Positions 1 through 10,505 of a DNA stretch of 64,000 bases are shown here, piece by piece. This DNA comes from Fibrobacteria bacterium (lineage in GTDB: Bacteria; Fibrobacterota; Fibrobacteria; UBA11236). The stretch lies in assembly GCA_043732185.1 (NCBI GenBank), contig JAYTHY010000112.1, forward strand, positions 76,376 to 140,375. The letters run 5' to 3'. Numbering within the stretch: the stretch's first letter is position 1; each line of letters begins with the position of its first letter. Made by a program: the position numbers and the translations under genes. The notes under the pieces are model-generated. The model did no database searches and had not been told where the DNA came from. It was given only the letters and a program-made list of their open reading frames with translations.

Positions 1-424
1 CTATGTGATCGCCATTGGTATCGATTAATTTGGTAATAGCCCATTTGTGCGCTACGTAGACTTCGCCTTTCACTACTTTAATTCCCAATGGTTCTAAAAT
101 GACCCCATTGTAATATTTTCGAAAAGTCACTTTCGATTTGTCCAAACCTTTCATACCTTCCAATACCCAAATGCTGCCATCAGACCAATCCCAGTGGGCG
201 AAAACAATGCGATTGCTGTCCAGCCAGTCCCAGGCCGCAATGCGTAGATTAAAATTTGCCGGCATCAGATCCACGAGATCAATACTCGGGTGCACTTTGG
301 TTAAGGTGCCAATGTTATCCGAGGGCACCCATTGGGCGTTTACCATTGAGGTTGTAAAGGTGAAAAGCATGGCTACCGCAAGCATCCGTGCAAGGCAGTA
401 TGGAATTTTATTGGGAACGCGCAT
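1..424 (-). CDS. Secreted beta-propeller protein (sorbosone/sugar-dehydrogenase-like), N-terminal part; runs off the left edge
   Basis: Not in the ORF track. Manual translation from ATG 424 is open to the edge: MRVPNKIPYCLARMLAVAMLFTFTTSMVNA-QWVPSDN...HPSIDLVDLMPANFNLRIAAWDWLDSNRIVFAHWD...EPLGIKVVKGEVYVAHKWAITKLIDTNGDHI. It has a signal peptide and AAAGGT upstream, and resembles the 38232-40016 protein. Confidence 0.8.
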   Translation of the reverse strand, partial: MRVPNKIPYCLARMLAVAMLFTFTTSMVNAQWVPSDNIGTLTKVHPSIDLVDLMPANFNLRIAAWDWLDSNRIVFAHWDWSDGSIWVLEGMKGLDKSKVTFRKYYNGVILEPLGIKVVKGEVYVAHKWAITKLIDTNGDHI

Positions 425-582
425 GATTTTACCTTTTTCAAAATATACCCAAAAAAGATTTTAATAGTTTGTGATAACCAAATCCTGACGCAATTCCTAT
501 TAAAATCGGTGCTATTCGCCAAGAAAACCAAACCAGAATGCCTAGATTGAAGGTTACTTCACTCCTATCCAGCCGGTATAAA

Positions 583-3429
583 ATGAGTTCAATATTAACT
601 GGGTTCGCATTTCCAAAGCGATTTACAACATCGAAACAATTTTTAATTGCCGTTGCTTTTTTTGCGCAAGGCGTGACAGGACTTCATGCCCAGCCACTAT
701 GGGGTACCTCTCCGATTACCCAGCCCTATCCGTATGTAACCACTGGTGGAATGACCGGTCCTGCGGTTCCAGAATCCCCTGATCCTCTAGTTGCTTATCG
801 CTGGGCAAACCCAAAAGCGACGGATGGATTTGAAATTTATTTGCTTAAACCTACAGCCGTATTCACCGCCACTCCAAGTTCTTTTACAAATGCAAATTCC
901 CTGACTGGGTCAGCCCCAAATGTCACCGTTAATGGTACGGGTTCTCTTCGATTGGATTTTGGAAGGGAAAATGCGGCTTGGCTCGAATTTGATAGCCCGG
1001 ATTTAATCGGTAATGTGGAAATGAGCATTGGAGAAGCCAACCAACCAGGAGTAGGCAAAACCGCTGGTCCGACCAAGATTGGCAATACCTATCGACTGCA
1101 ATGGAACAGTGAGCTATATGACGGCGTACGCTTTGGATGGATCACGGTGAAGTCCTTTTCAAGTGCTTGGCATATCACCGGTATACGTTTAGTGTGTCAA
1201 ACGAAACCGACCAATTACCAAGGAAGTTTTTCCTCCAGCGATACCATGTTGACCAAGATCTGGTATGTGTGTGCCTATGGAGTGAAATTAAATCTTCTAA
1301 AAACCTATTTCGGTGCCATTCTGATGGATCGTGGCGATCGTATGTCTTGGACGGGGGATTCACACCCTGCACAAGCGGCATCCTTGGTGGCCTTCGGAAA
1401 CTATGATTTTATAAAACTGAATATCGCCAATACTTCAGGACAGAATAATGGCATTGCCAGCTACTCGCTATACTGGGTATTGAGCTTGGTGGACTATTAC
1501 AACTATTCTGGCGATAGTGCCACAATGAGTACCTATATCGCCAACGCCGTCGGCAAACTCGATAATGCCTATGGTGCTGGGGCAGGTTTCGATGGTTGGG
1601 ACGAACGCTTGGATGCGGGATTTGAAATGTGGTTTACGGGTGCCAATCAAGAGGTAAAGGATTCCTATAAAATGCTCGTGATCCGAACCTGGATGGAATT
1701 TGCGGACGCCATGGGAAAATTCGGACGCGCCGATTTACAGGCGAAGTATAGTAAGCTTGCTTCGGATAAAATGACGGCCCTAAGGGTCACGTCCACTTGG
1801 TCCTCTGCTTTTGGACTCCATGCGGCTGCCAGTGCTATCAATACGGGCTTGCTCACGCGTGCGGAGCAAGACAAGCTCGCCGATAAAGAATTTATGGATC
1901 GGGTCAACCGAATTTCGATTTCCCAGTTTAACCAATACTTTATCATCCAGGCCATGGCGCGCTCCAATCGATTTGATGAAGCCATCTCCTCCGCCAAGGA
2001 TTTGTGGGGTGAGATGATTAAGTATGGCGGCACCACTCCGTTTGAAGTGTACCGTCCCACTTGGAACAAAGGAATCGGCGTCAATGGAGCGGTACCGAAC
2101 ACGCAAAGCGGTCTCACCAGTCTGTGCCATCCTTGGGGATCCGGTCCGGTAAAGTGGCTGAATGAAGAACTGCTTGGCATCAAGCCCACAACACCAGGGT
2201 TTAAAACGTATGCCATTATTCCTCACTTGGGCCGTTCCTTAACCAGTGTAAAAGGAAAAACGCCCACTTCTTTTGGGGACATCAGTGCCAGTTTTAATAT
2301 TACTACCGGTGCTTGCCAGATTATTGCACCTTCGGGAACAGTCGGCAGATTCGGTATACCCAAAGCAGAAAAATTCATTTCGAGTATTGCCATTAATGGG
2401 ATTACCACATGGGACAACGCTTTTCATGCTACAACGGGAATTGGTGGCGCAACCCAGGATTCAGAATACGTATACTTTTCCGCCGTCCAGCCAGGCACTT
2501 ATAACATAGCCGTTACCTATACCGGATCAACGCCCGTTTATAGCGAACCCGCGGAAATTTATCCTGCCCAATTCCTCAAACAAGATTCCACCACTGGCGG
2601 AAATTGGGGTGGCGTTTACGGTACAGAGGGCTATGTGCTCTGTAATTATAATGACGGTGGAGTGGATAAAAAGTCGCTGCCGTCCTATGTTACGTCTGTT
2701 AAATATTTCCGAGCCTTTGGCGGGTCCAATCAGCTTCCAGACAACACATCCTGGGCGGCAAATACCACCGATACCCGAGCCTTGGCCCCCGACTCGACGA
2801 ACAAGGGTTCCAGAAATTCTCGCGCTCTGTCCAATGCAGGCAATACCTTTACGTTTACCATAGAAGTCAATGGCGTCCATGATTATCAAGTAGCCCTTTA
2901 TTTTGTCGATTGGGACAATAAAACCAGAAGTCATGCTGTAGAAATGTTTGATGCCACTACGTTGAAAATGGTAGCTCCAGTCCAAGTCGTGGAAAATTAT
3001 CGGGGCGGAAAATACCTCGTGTACACGTACAACAAATCAGCAAAATTCAGGCTGGATAAAATACGTGGAGATATCGTACCGCTAAGCGGGATGTTCTTTG
3101 GCCCCAAGCCCATTGTCGGCATTGCCTCGACATTTGATCCGTTGCAAATTACGTCGGCCAAGAACAGCCCCAATCCCTTTCGCGGTAGCACTCAGATAAA
3201 ATTCATCATAGCCGGAAATAATACCCCGGTGGATGTTAGCCTACGGGTATATGACATGCACGGCTTACTGGTAAAGCAATTGCTGAATCAGCCTAAGAAA
3301 TCCGGCGTGTATTCGGTTCGCTGGAACGGCGCCAATGAGCAGGGCATTCCGGTATCTCCCGGCACATATATTTATCGGTTGCAGGTTGGTTCGCGACATG
3401 AATTAGTGGAAAAGATGATGAAGTTTTAG
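583..3429 (+). CDS. GH78 alpha-L-rhamnosidase-like secreted glycosidase with C-terminal FlgD-Ig/T9SS-like sorting domain
   Basis: Motifs LDFGRENAAW, DRGDRMSWTGD, GGTTPFE, SLCHPWGSGP and GIKPTTPGF. C-terminus NSPNPFRGST...VYDMHG...WNGANEQGIPVSPGTYIYRL. Start placed at Met16 of the ORF (538 is also possible). Confidence 0.85.
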   Translation: MSSILTGFAFPKRFTTSKQFLIAVAFFAQGVTGLHAQPLWGTSPITQPYPYVTTGGMTGPAVPESPDPLVAYRWANPKATDGFEIYLLKPTAVFTATPSSFTNANSLTGSAPNVTVNGTGSLRLDFGRENAAWLEFDSPDLIGNVEMSIGEANQPGVGKTAGPTKIGNTYRLQWNSELYDGVRFGWITVKSFSSAWHITGIRLVCQTKPTNYQGSFSSSDTMLTKIWYVCAYGVKLNLLKTYFGAILMDRGDRMSWTGDSHPAQAASLVAFGNYDFIKLNIANTSGQNNGIASYSLYWVLSLVDYYNYSGDSATMSTYIANAVGKLDNAYGAGAGFDGWDERLDAGFEMWFTGANQEVKDSYKMLVIRTWMEFADAMGKFGRADLQAKYSKLASDKMTALRVTSTWSSAFGLHAAASAINTGLLTRAEQDKLADKEFMDRVNRISISQFNQYFIIQAMARSNRFDEAISSAKDLWGEMIKYGGTTPFEVYRPTWNKGIGVNGAVPNTQSGLTSLCHPWGSGPVKWLNEELLGIKPTTPGFKTYAIIPHLGRSLTSVKGKTPTSFGDISASFNITTGACQIIAPSGTVGRFGIPKAEKFISSIAINGITTWDNAFHATTGIGGATQDSEYVYFSAVQPGTYNIAVTYTGSTPVYSEPAEIYPAQFLKQDSTTGGNWGGVYGTEGYVLCNYNDGGVDKKSLPSYVTSVKYFRAFGGSNQLPDNTSWAANTTDTRALAPDSTNKGSRNSRALSNAGNTFTFTIEVNGVHDYQVALYFVDWDNKTRSHAVEMFDATTLKMVAPVQVVENYRGGKYLVYTYNKSAKFRLDKIRGDIVPLSGMFFGPKPIVGIASTFDPLQITSAKNSPNPFRGSTQIKFIIAGNNTPVDVSLRVYDMHGLLVKQLLNQPKKSGVYSVRWNGANEQGIPVSPGTYIYRLQVGSRHELVEKMMKF

Positions 3430-3469
3430 CATCTTGAATCGTATTCGATTGTATTAAAAGGGGATAGTT

Positions 3470-4567
3470 ATGGCATCGTTTGGTAGAAACCGAATGCAAG
3501 GGCTGGGGATTATTTTTTTTCTTTTGATTGGACTAAAAAGTGCACCTGCACAATCCATTGAATTATTATGGCCAACTGGCGCACCCGGAGCGTTGGGCAC
3601 CAACGATGTGGATAAGCCAGCCGTCTATTTGTATCCAGCAACGGGTGCAAAGGCCAATGGGGCGGCGGTTGTCATTTGTCCAGGGGGTGGATACTCCTTC
3701 TGGGCTGCACCCAATGAGGGATGGCCGATTGCTGCGTGGATGAACACTTTAGGCGTCTCCGCTTTTGTACTTAAATACCGTTTGGGGCCGACCTATAAAC
3801 ATCCCGTTGAAATGCATGATGCGCAGCGAGCCATGCGTTGGGTGCGCGCAAATGCCAAGCGCTTCAATATCGATCCCAAGCGTGTGGGCATCATAGGCTT
3901 TTCGGCTGGTGGGCATTTGGCCGCAACAGTAGCGACGCATTACGATTCCGGCGCACCAGGTGCTGCAGACACCATTGACCGTTTTTCCTGTCGCCCTGAC
4001 TTTCATATCTTAGGCTATCCTGTTATTACCATGGATTTATCCTTTACCCATATGGGCTCGCGTACCGCTTTGCTTGGAAACACGCCATCCCAATTTTTGG
4101 TGGATCTGCTGTCCAATGAAAAGCAGGTGAATGCGAAAACACCACCCGGGTTCTTGACTCATGCAAAAGATGACGGCCTTGTGCCGATAAAAAACAGTCA
4201 AGCCTACTTCGATTCCTTGGTCAAATTCCATGTGCCTGCCCAATTCAAAATATTCAACACAGGTGGGCATGGGTTTGGACTGGCCACAGGTTTAGGCGGT
4301 GCTCCAATCGACACGGTACTGGCTGGCTGGGCTCCATTGGCGGCTAAATGGTTGGACAGTTTAGGTTTTTTCAAAGCCACTTCAACTTCGGTTTACGGGC
4401 AGCAAATTTCCAAATCCAAATCTTCAGGATTTGGTAAGATCAAGGAAAAGACAAACCCAGCAAACTTGAGCATATGGGAACCCGGCTTTCAATTTGGAAA
4501 AGCAGATCGTTCAGCTGGGACATTTAGCGCCACAGGCCGAGTAAAGGCTCGTTTGATAAAGCGGTAA
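3470..4567 (+). CDS. Secreted alpha/beta-hydrolase carbohydrate esterase (acetyl-xylan/feruloyl esterase-like)
   Basis: VICPGGGY oxyanion motif, GFSAGG nucleophile, DDGLVP and GGHGFG triad motifs; signal peptide. Confidence 0.85.
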   Translation: MASFGRNRMQGLGIIFFLLIGLKSAPAQSIELLWPTGAPGALGTNDVDKPAVYLYPATGAKANGAAVVICPGGGYSFWAAPNEGWPIAAWMNTLGVSAFVLKYRLGPTYKHPVEMHDAQRAMRWVRANAKRFNIDPKRVGIIGFSAGGHLAATVATHYDSGAPGAADTIDRFSCRPDFHILGYPVITMDLSFTHMGSRTALLGNTPSQFLVDLLSNEKQVNAKTPPGFLTHAKDDGLVPIKNSQAYFDSLVKFHVPAQFKIFNTGGHGFGLATGLGGAPIDTVLAGWAPLAAKWLDSLGFFKATSTSVYGQQISKSKSSGFGKIKEKTNPANLSIWEPGFQFGKADRSAGTFSATGRVKARLIKR

Positions 4568-4735
4568 AACCCTAAAACGAAAAATCGGTCTTGTGTTCTG
4601 AAATATGGATTAATAGTATTTGATTCAAGGCGGACCGTGTCGCTATTCCTATTAATCGGACCTGAAATTGCCTAGAATTATTTTGCAATTGTCCTAACTT
4701 AGGATTGGCGTCTACACATTTTAAGGTGGTATATT

Positions 4736-7700
4736 ATGGGCATCGGGTACCATGGACTCCTAAAAAAGTTTTCTTTTTTCCTGGCAATTTCGGTTTTATT
4801 TTCCCTATCGCAAGCCCAGTATCCGACGTGGCTGCATTCCGATTCAGTGTTCATAAATACTACTCCTGATGGGGGAAATATCCCCAGCACAGCCACTGAA
4901 ACCAATTTTCCACTACTGATACGATTGCACAAAGATTTTTTCAATTTTGCTGAAGCCCAGGCCAATGGGGAAGATATCCGTTTCGCCACAAAAGCTGGTG
5001 CACCGCTTTCCTATCAGATAGAAAACTGGGATGGCGCTGCAGGTTCCGCAAGTATTTGGGTCAAAATTCCAACTGTAACAGGAAATAGCCGGCAAGGCAT
5101 AATGGTTTTCTGGGGAAACTCGACTGCAGCTTCGGAATCCAATGGAGGAGCAGTTTTCAACAGTTCCAATGGGTATTTGAGTGTTTTCCACATGAACGAT
5201 CCGACTAAAGATGAAGTCGGTACGTTGTCGGCAACCAATGTGGGCACAACCGCTGCCGCTGGATTAATCGGCAACGGGCGTCGGTTTGCAGCCGGACAGG
5301 GTATAAGAGGTGGTACCAATATCACAACTTATCCAACAGGTTCCAGCCCGCACTCGACCGAAGCATGGTTCAAGGCCGTTTCTGCCAACAGTGTGATTCA
5401 AGCATGGGGCATCGATGGACCCGCCAGTAAAGTGGTTATGAAATTGGTCAGCCCTCCACATGTGAGTTTGGATTCCTGGTTTGCAAATGGAAATGTCAAC
5501 GGAACAAGCGATATACCCTTGGCACAATGGGTTCATGTTGTTTATGTGTACGAAAGCGGCAACGCAAGGTTTTATGTCAATGGCGTGCAGGACGGTGTCA
5601 ATACTGCAACAGGTGGCGCACTGACAATACCTAGCCCATGCCGAATGTATATCGGCGGTTGGTATGACAATTACAGCTTTGTCGGGGATATGGATGAGGT
5701 ACGGATTTCCAAGGTGGCCAGGTCTGCGGCATGGGCAAAAATGGAATATGAAAATCAAAAGCCACTGCAGTCCATGGCCGGAATGCTGGTCCCTGCAGGC
5801 ACTGCCTTTTCAGTGCCACAGCCCGCCGTATCTGTTCTTGAAGGTCAGACCGCTGTCCTTACGGGCACTGCCGGTGGTGCTCAGAAAATCTATTGGATTC
5901 TAAAAGAGGGCACCAAAGAAACGGTACTTGCCGTCGACCGCCTTAATCTTTCCTATCTGGCAGAAAGAGTGACAGCGGATAAAGCCGTTATCATCCAGTT
6001 CAAAGCCATTTATCCTACTGAAGTCAAAACCCAGGATATTACCCTGACTATCAAAGAAGATATGCCGGATCCACTGTTTACCTTAACCGGCCCTGCGACC
6101 TGGAATGGCCGCGATGCTATTTCCTTAACTCCAGTGATCACCAATCAAACGGATATGACAGCCAAGGGTGTTGGAGCATTGACCTATACTTGGAGCATCG
6201 CTAATATCGCCGCTATCAAGGAAATAACCCCCGGTAAGCTCACTTTAAAAGGTGCCCAAAAAAGTGGCAAGATGACGATCACGCTATCTATTGGAAATGG
6301 TGGGGCGGCAACGACGCATACCGTAGATATTTTAGTTACGGAACCAACAACTGATCCATGGCTGGTACGTACTCCAGCCGCCGATGAAAAAGCCGTCAAC
6401 TCGCAGTTCTATGCACGGGATCCTAATAATGTCTGCACCGTAATTTACAATGGCACTTCAACAACTGCCGCGGATTCCGTGTACGTCAAAATGTATGCCG
6501 GCACGACACTCCAAAATAGACTGGCACAGGCACTTCCCACTGCCCGGACCTACCAATTTTCTCCCACCATCACTTCTGGGTTAGTCGAATACAAATTGGA
6601 ATTCGGAACCAAGACAGGCGGCACCGAAACGTTGGTGAGCACGGTGAACAATCTTCAATGCGGCGATGCCTATATCATCGAAGGGCAATCCAATGCCGTT
6701 GGCACTACCTTCGGAACCGATCTCGATCCAACCACCAGCGAATGGGTCCGCACCTTTGGGAACAGTGGTGGCAATCCTCCTGGCACCAGCTGGGGTCAGG
6801 CCGTACACAGTGGCCCGGGAGGGGCTTTCACCGTCGGATATTGGGGCCTTGAGCTGCCGAGAAAACTGGTAGCAACATATAATGTCCCAATTTGCATCCT
6901 CAATGGCGCAGTCGGCGGGACCCGCGTGGACACGCATCTGCGCAATGAAGCCGATCCAACGGATACAACTACTTACTATGGTGCTCTGTTGACTCGGGTG
7001 CAGCGTGCGAAATTGACGCATGGCATTCGTGGAATTTTTTGGCATCAAGGAGAAGCCGATCAGGGTTCGGATGGACCCACAGGTCGATGGGGTTGGGAAG
7101 ACTATCAGCATTTCTTCATCGATATGTCCGCGTCCTGGAAGCAGGATTATCCCAATATCCGCCACTATTATATTTTCCAAATTTGGCCGAACGGCTGCGC
7201 TCAGGCAGGTGCCGGGGGTCAGGACAATATGCTACGTGAAATGCAGAGAACCTTGCCTTACAACTATTCCAACATGGGTATCATGACTACCATAGGCGTT
7301 CGGCCAGGAGTGACCTGCCATGTCGACGCACCTGGCTATCTTGAATTTGCCCGCCTAATGTCCCCGCTAGTTGAAAGAGACAATTACGGTAAAGTGTACA
7401 CGACATCCATCACTCCACCCGATGTTAAAAAGGCGTACTTCACCAGCTCGGCGAAAACCGCGATTACTGTGGAATTCGATCAGCCGGTAACGTGGGTCAG
7501 TACCCTATCTACCCAATTTTACCTCGATGGCGTAAGCGGAAAAGTATCCACTGGAGCAACCTCTGGAAATGATTTGACACTGACCCTGAATGCGCCCTCG
7601 ACTGCGAGCAAAATAATGTATCTCGATAGTCGTTCCTGGAGTGAGAGCAACATATTGTATGGTGCCAACAATATTGCGGCTTTAACCTTTGCAAATGTGC

Positions 7701-8005
7701 CTATTTATCCGGATAAAAATACGATTCCAGTCATTTCCGCTAAATCAAAATTGAATTCTACTTCGGATTTATTCAGTACCTATAAGCATGGCATGCTTCA
7801 AATTGGTTTCGGACGGCTGGCCGGTCAAAGTTTGGATATTCGCCTCGTCAATTTGCAGGGTCAAACCGTTGTTCGTCAGCGAATTGAATCGGCTCCAACG
7901 GGTCGACTCGATATCGCTGTGCCGAAACTGAATCATGGCATATATGTATTGAAAGTGCTCGGCCATGGTCGGACAGAATACATGAAAAAGCTTACGGCTT
8001 TTTAG
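4736..8005 (+). CDS. DUF2341 + LamG + Ig-like + sialate O-acetylesterase-type (SGNH) domain + T9SS-like CTD
   Basis: NFPLLIRL...GEDIRFA...YQIENWD...WVKIP (DUF2341) and GDMDEVRIS (LamG). GQSNA, WHQGEAD and a CH motif mark the SGNH esterase. C-terminus LVNLQGQTV...GIYVLKV. Confidence 0.8.
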   Translation: MGIGYHGLLKKFSFFLAISVLFSLSQAQYPTWLHSDSVFINTTPDGGNIPSTATETNFPLLIRLHKDFFNFAEAQANGEDIRFATKAGAPLSYQIENWDGAAGSASIWVKIPTVTGNSRQGIMVFWGNSTAASESNGGAVFNSSNGYLSVFHMNDPTKDEVGTLSATNVGTTAAAGLIGNGRRFAAGQGIRGGTNITTYPTGSSPHSTEAWFKAVSANSVIQAWGIDGPASKVVMKLVSPPHVSLDSWFANGNVNGTSDIPLAQWVHVVYVYESGNARFYVNGVQDGVNTATGGALTIPSPCRMYIGGWYDNYSFVGDMDEVRISKVARSAAWAKMEYENQKPLQSMAGMLVPAGTAFSVPQPAVSVLEGQTAVLTGTAGGAQKIYWILKEGTKETVLAVDRLNLSYLAERVTADKAVIIQFKAIYPTEVKTQDITLTIKEDMPDPLFTLTGPATWNGRDAISLTPVITNQTDMTAKGVGALTYTWSIANIAAIKEITPGKLTLKGAQKSGKMTITLSIGNGGAATTHTVDILVTEPTTDPWLVRTPAADEKAVNSQFYARDPNNVCTVIYNGTSTTAADSVYVKMYAGTTLQNRLAQALPTARTYQFSPTITSGLVEYKLEFGTKTGGTETLVSTVNNLQCGDAYIIEGQSNAVGTTFGTDLDPTTSEWVRTFGNSGGNPPGTSWGQAVHSGPGGAFTVGYWGLELPRKLVATYNVPICILNGAVGGTRVDTHLRNEADPTDTTTYYGALLTRVQRAKLTHGIRGIFWHQGEADQGSDGPTGRWGWEDYQHFFIDMSASWKQDYPNIRHYYIFQIWPNGCAQAGAGGQDNMLREMQRTLPYNYSNMGIMTTIGVRPGVTCHVDAPGYLEFARLMSPLVERDNYGKVYTTSITPPDVKKAYFTSSAKTAITVEFDQPVTWVSTLSTQFYLDGVSGKVSTGATSGNDLTLTLNAPSTASKIMYLDSRSWSESNILYGANNIAALTFANVPIYPDKNTIPVISAKSKLNSTSDLFSTYKHGMLQIGFGRLAGQSLDIRLVNLQGQTVVRQRIESAPTGRLDIAVPKLNHGIYVLKVLGHGRTEYMKKLTAF

Positions 8006-8066
8006 GTCCTGCTACTGAAAATTTATTTTAGGAAAACCGGTTATTTTTTTTTTGGAGAACTATAAA

Positions 8067-10217
8067 ATGTTAAGAATCGTATTAATTCTCACTGGCTTAT
8101 CACTTGCCATCAATGACCTATCCGCGTGGACCATGAAAAAGGCTCCGCTCGTGACCCGATGGTCTGCCACTTTCGATACCGCCAAGGTGTGGCCCATCTA
8201 TCCTCGTCCCCAGATGAAAAGACCCGAAAACACTTGGAAAAGCCTTAACGGCATCTGGCAGTTTCAAAAATCCACGGGAGCTACGGAAACACCGCCGACG
8301 GGAAACCTTACCGGGGATATTTGCGTTCCTTTTCCCATCGAATCCGCGATATCCGGTATCATGGAGAATAAGGTGTTCTATTCCTGGTACCGTAAACCAA
8401 TATCGATTCCAGTGGCTTGGAGGGATACCAGCAAATACCATGTGCTTATCCATTTTGAAGGCGTGGATTGGCAAACCGAGTTCTATGTGAATGGAACCAA
8501 GTTGGCTACGCATAAAGGCGGCTACGATCGCTTTTCCTATGATATCACCAAGAACCTGATCCTGACAGGCAATGCCGATCAAACTCTGCTTCTCCATATT
8601 TATGACCCTAGTGAAACTTCCAGTGATGTTTTTCCCGGTGGCAAGCAACGCACCGACGCGCTCTTCCGGATTTTTTACACCTGCACCACCGGTATCTGGA
8701 GAAGTGTGTGGCTTGAAGCCGTGCCGGCCAAGGCGTCCATCAACAGGCTAAAAATAACCCCGGACATCGACAATAAACAAGTGCTGGTCACGGCATCGAT
8801 CACTGGCTCGACCATGGGGCTTAAGCTAATTGGCGTTGCCAAAAACGGCACGCGTCAAATGTTCGGCATCGATACCGCCAATGCCACCGACACCCTAAAA
8901 ATTCCGCTGTCCGCTCTCAACCTTTGGTGGCCGGATCGCCCTTACCTTTACAAGCTCGCAGTCTATATTCTGAACGGCACAACCATTGTGGATTCAGTGG
9001 ATAGCTATTTCGGAATGCGTAAAGTGGAAGCCACGGCTTTCAATGGAAACAAACGGCTTACCATCAACGGCCAACCGATCTTTCTTTTTGGTACATTGGA
9101 TCAAGGTTTCTGGCCGGACGGCATCTATCTTCCACCTTCCGAGGAAGGTCTAAAATACGACTTGGTCATGCATAAGAATTATGGCATGAACGGAATACGC
9201 AAGCATGTTAAAGTAGAGCCGGAACTCTGGTACTATTACTGTGATAGCCTGGGCTTGATGGTAGAACAGGACATGCCGATGATGCCGGGAGGCAGCCCAA
9301 ACGTGGCAGCCAAGGCCAATTTCGATCGCGACTTCGACTCCTTGCTGGTGCAGCATTATAATCATCCCAGTATCGTCATGTGGATTTGTTACAATGAAGG
9401 TTCGGGTCAAGGGGATTCGACTATGACCACGGCTGTTACCAAGCACGTCAAGGCCATGGACCCAAGTCGCCTGGTGGTCAGCGCCAGTGGATGGAATTTT
9501 TTTCCAGTCGGAGATGTAAATGATTTCCACCATTATGCTCTGGATCCCACCGTCAACAGCATCTACCGTAGGGCTTATATCAACCAGCTTGGTGAATATG
9601 GCGGCATGCGGTTGAATAACGCCCAACTGGATGTTCATGAATGGAAAGACACGGCCTCTTGGGGTTATAATGAAAAAACCAACATACTTGCTTATGAAAC
9701 CGGATGGAACACCTACTGCCAAGCCATCGCAAAAGCCAAAACCGACAGCGGTCTTGCGGGCGCAATTTACACTCAGCTTTCTGATGTGGAAACCGAATGC
9801 AATGGACTGATGACCTATGATCGGGAAGTATCTAAAGGCCGGGCAACAGAAATAGCCAAAGGCTCGGCCCTGCTTGTCGATCATCCAGTCGCAGCTGCTC
9901 TGGTGGACGCGACGCTGCCTGTCCCTGATTGGAACTCAGTTGGAGTTAAGCCCATATTACTGAAGAGCGGAACTTCGCTTTCCATCAGTCGAATTTCGGC
10001 ATCCGGAAACGGAATTACCATTCAGTTCAAGGGACTGGATGAAAAGGGAAACGCTACTCTCAAAGTTGTAAATGCCAAAGGAAGTACCGTATTCTCAACC
10101 GTTGTGGGTGTTAGGAAATCACTTGAGGTGCCTGGCAGTGCTATGGCCAAAGGTGTTTACCTCTTTGAACTGGAATACGGCAAGTTCCACCAGTCGCTGC
10201 GCTTTGTTGTCAAATAG
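8067..10217 (+). CDS. GH2 glycoside hydrolase (beta-galactosidase type) with T9SS-like CTD
   Basis: Motifs SLNGIWQF, HFEGVDW, LDQGFWPDG, RKHVKVEP, NHPSIVMW..YNEG and GEYGG. GGAG lies 9 nt before ATG 8067. C-terminus VVNAKG...KGVYLF. Confidence 0.88.
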   Translation: MLRIVLILTGLSLAINDLSAWTMKKAPLVTRWSATFDTAKVWPIYPRPQMKRPENTWKSLNGIWQFQKSTGATETPPTGNLTGDICVPFPIESAISGIMENKVFYSWYRKPISIPVAWRDTSKYHVLIHFEGVDWQTEFYVNGTKLATHKGGYDRFSYDITKNLILTGNADQTLLLHIYDPSETSSDVFPGGKQRTDALFRIFYTCTTGIWRSVWLEAVPAKASINRLKITPDIDNKQVLVTASITGSTMGLKLIGVAKNGTRQMFGIDTANATDTLKIPLSALNLWWPDRPYLYKLAVYILNGTTIVDSVDSYFGMRKVEATAFNGNKRLTINGQPIFLFGTLDQGFWPDGIYLPPSEEGLKYDLVMHKNYGMNGIRKHVKVEPELWYYYCDSLGLMVEQDMPMMPGGSPNVAAKANFDRDFDSLLVQHYNHPSIVMWICYNEGSGQGDSTMTTAVTKHVKAMDPSRLVVSASGWNFFPVGDVNDFHHYALDPTVNSIYRRAYINQLGEYGGMRLNNAQLDVHEWKDTASWGYNEKTNILAYETGWNTYCQAIAKAKTDSGLAGAIYTQLSDVETECNGLMTYDREVSKGRATEIAKGSALLVDHPVAAALVDATLPVPDWNSVGVKPILLKSGTSLSISRISASGNGITIQFKGLDEKGNATLKVVNAKGSTVFSTVVGVRKSLEVPGSAMAKGVYLFELEYGKFHQSLRFVVK

Positions 10218-10505
10218 GCAAATCCACATTGGACCCTACCGAATAGCGGAATGAGGATAACACACCCTTTTGGGCCGGAATTCACATAAAAACAGACCCA
10301 TTTCACCTAGAATTGCCTTGTCGAGATGGGTACATTCTATATAGCGCGCATTAGGATTTATTACTTGAGTTACATGCCTAGGTTTAAGAGCGGGTACGAT
10401 GCTATGAATGCATTTCAGTTCTTGGCCCAGGTTTGTTTCAATGCTAAAATCCTGTGAACAAAGTTTTGGAAGTCTTTTTTAACACAATATAAGGGGAAAG
10501 TCGAT

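Noticed and set aside
138..464. 108-aa plus-strand ORF
   Set aside because: It is the antisense shadow of the signal-peptide-bearing minus-strand gene at 1-424.
10271..10331. Weak CRP-like site (TGGGC-N6-TCACA) and hairpin ACCCATTTC/GAGATGGGT as a riboswitch or terminator
   Set aside because: There are two mismatches in one half-site, the hairpin has a long loop and no U-tract, and I recognise no riboswitch consensus.
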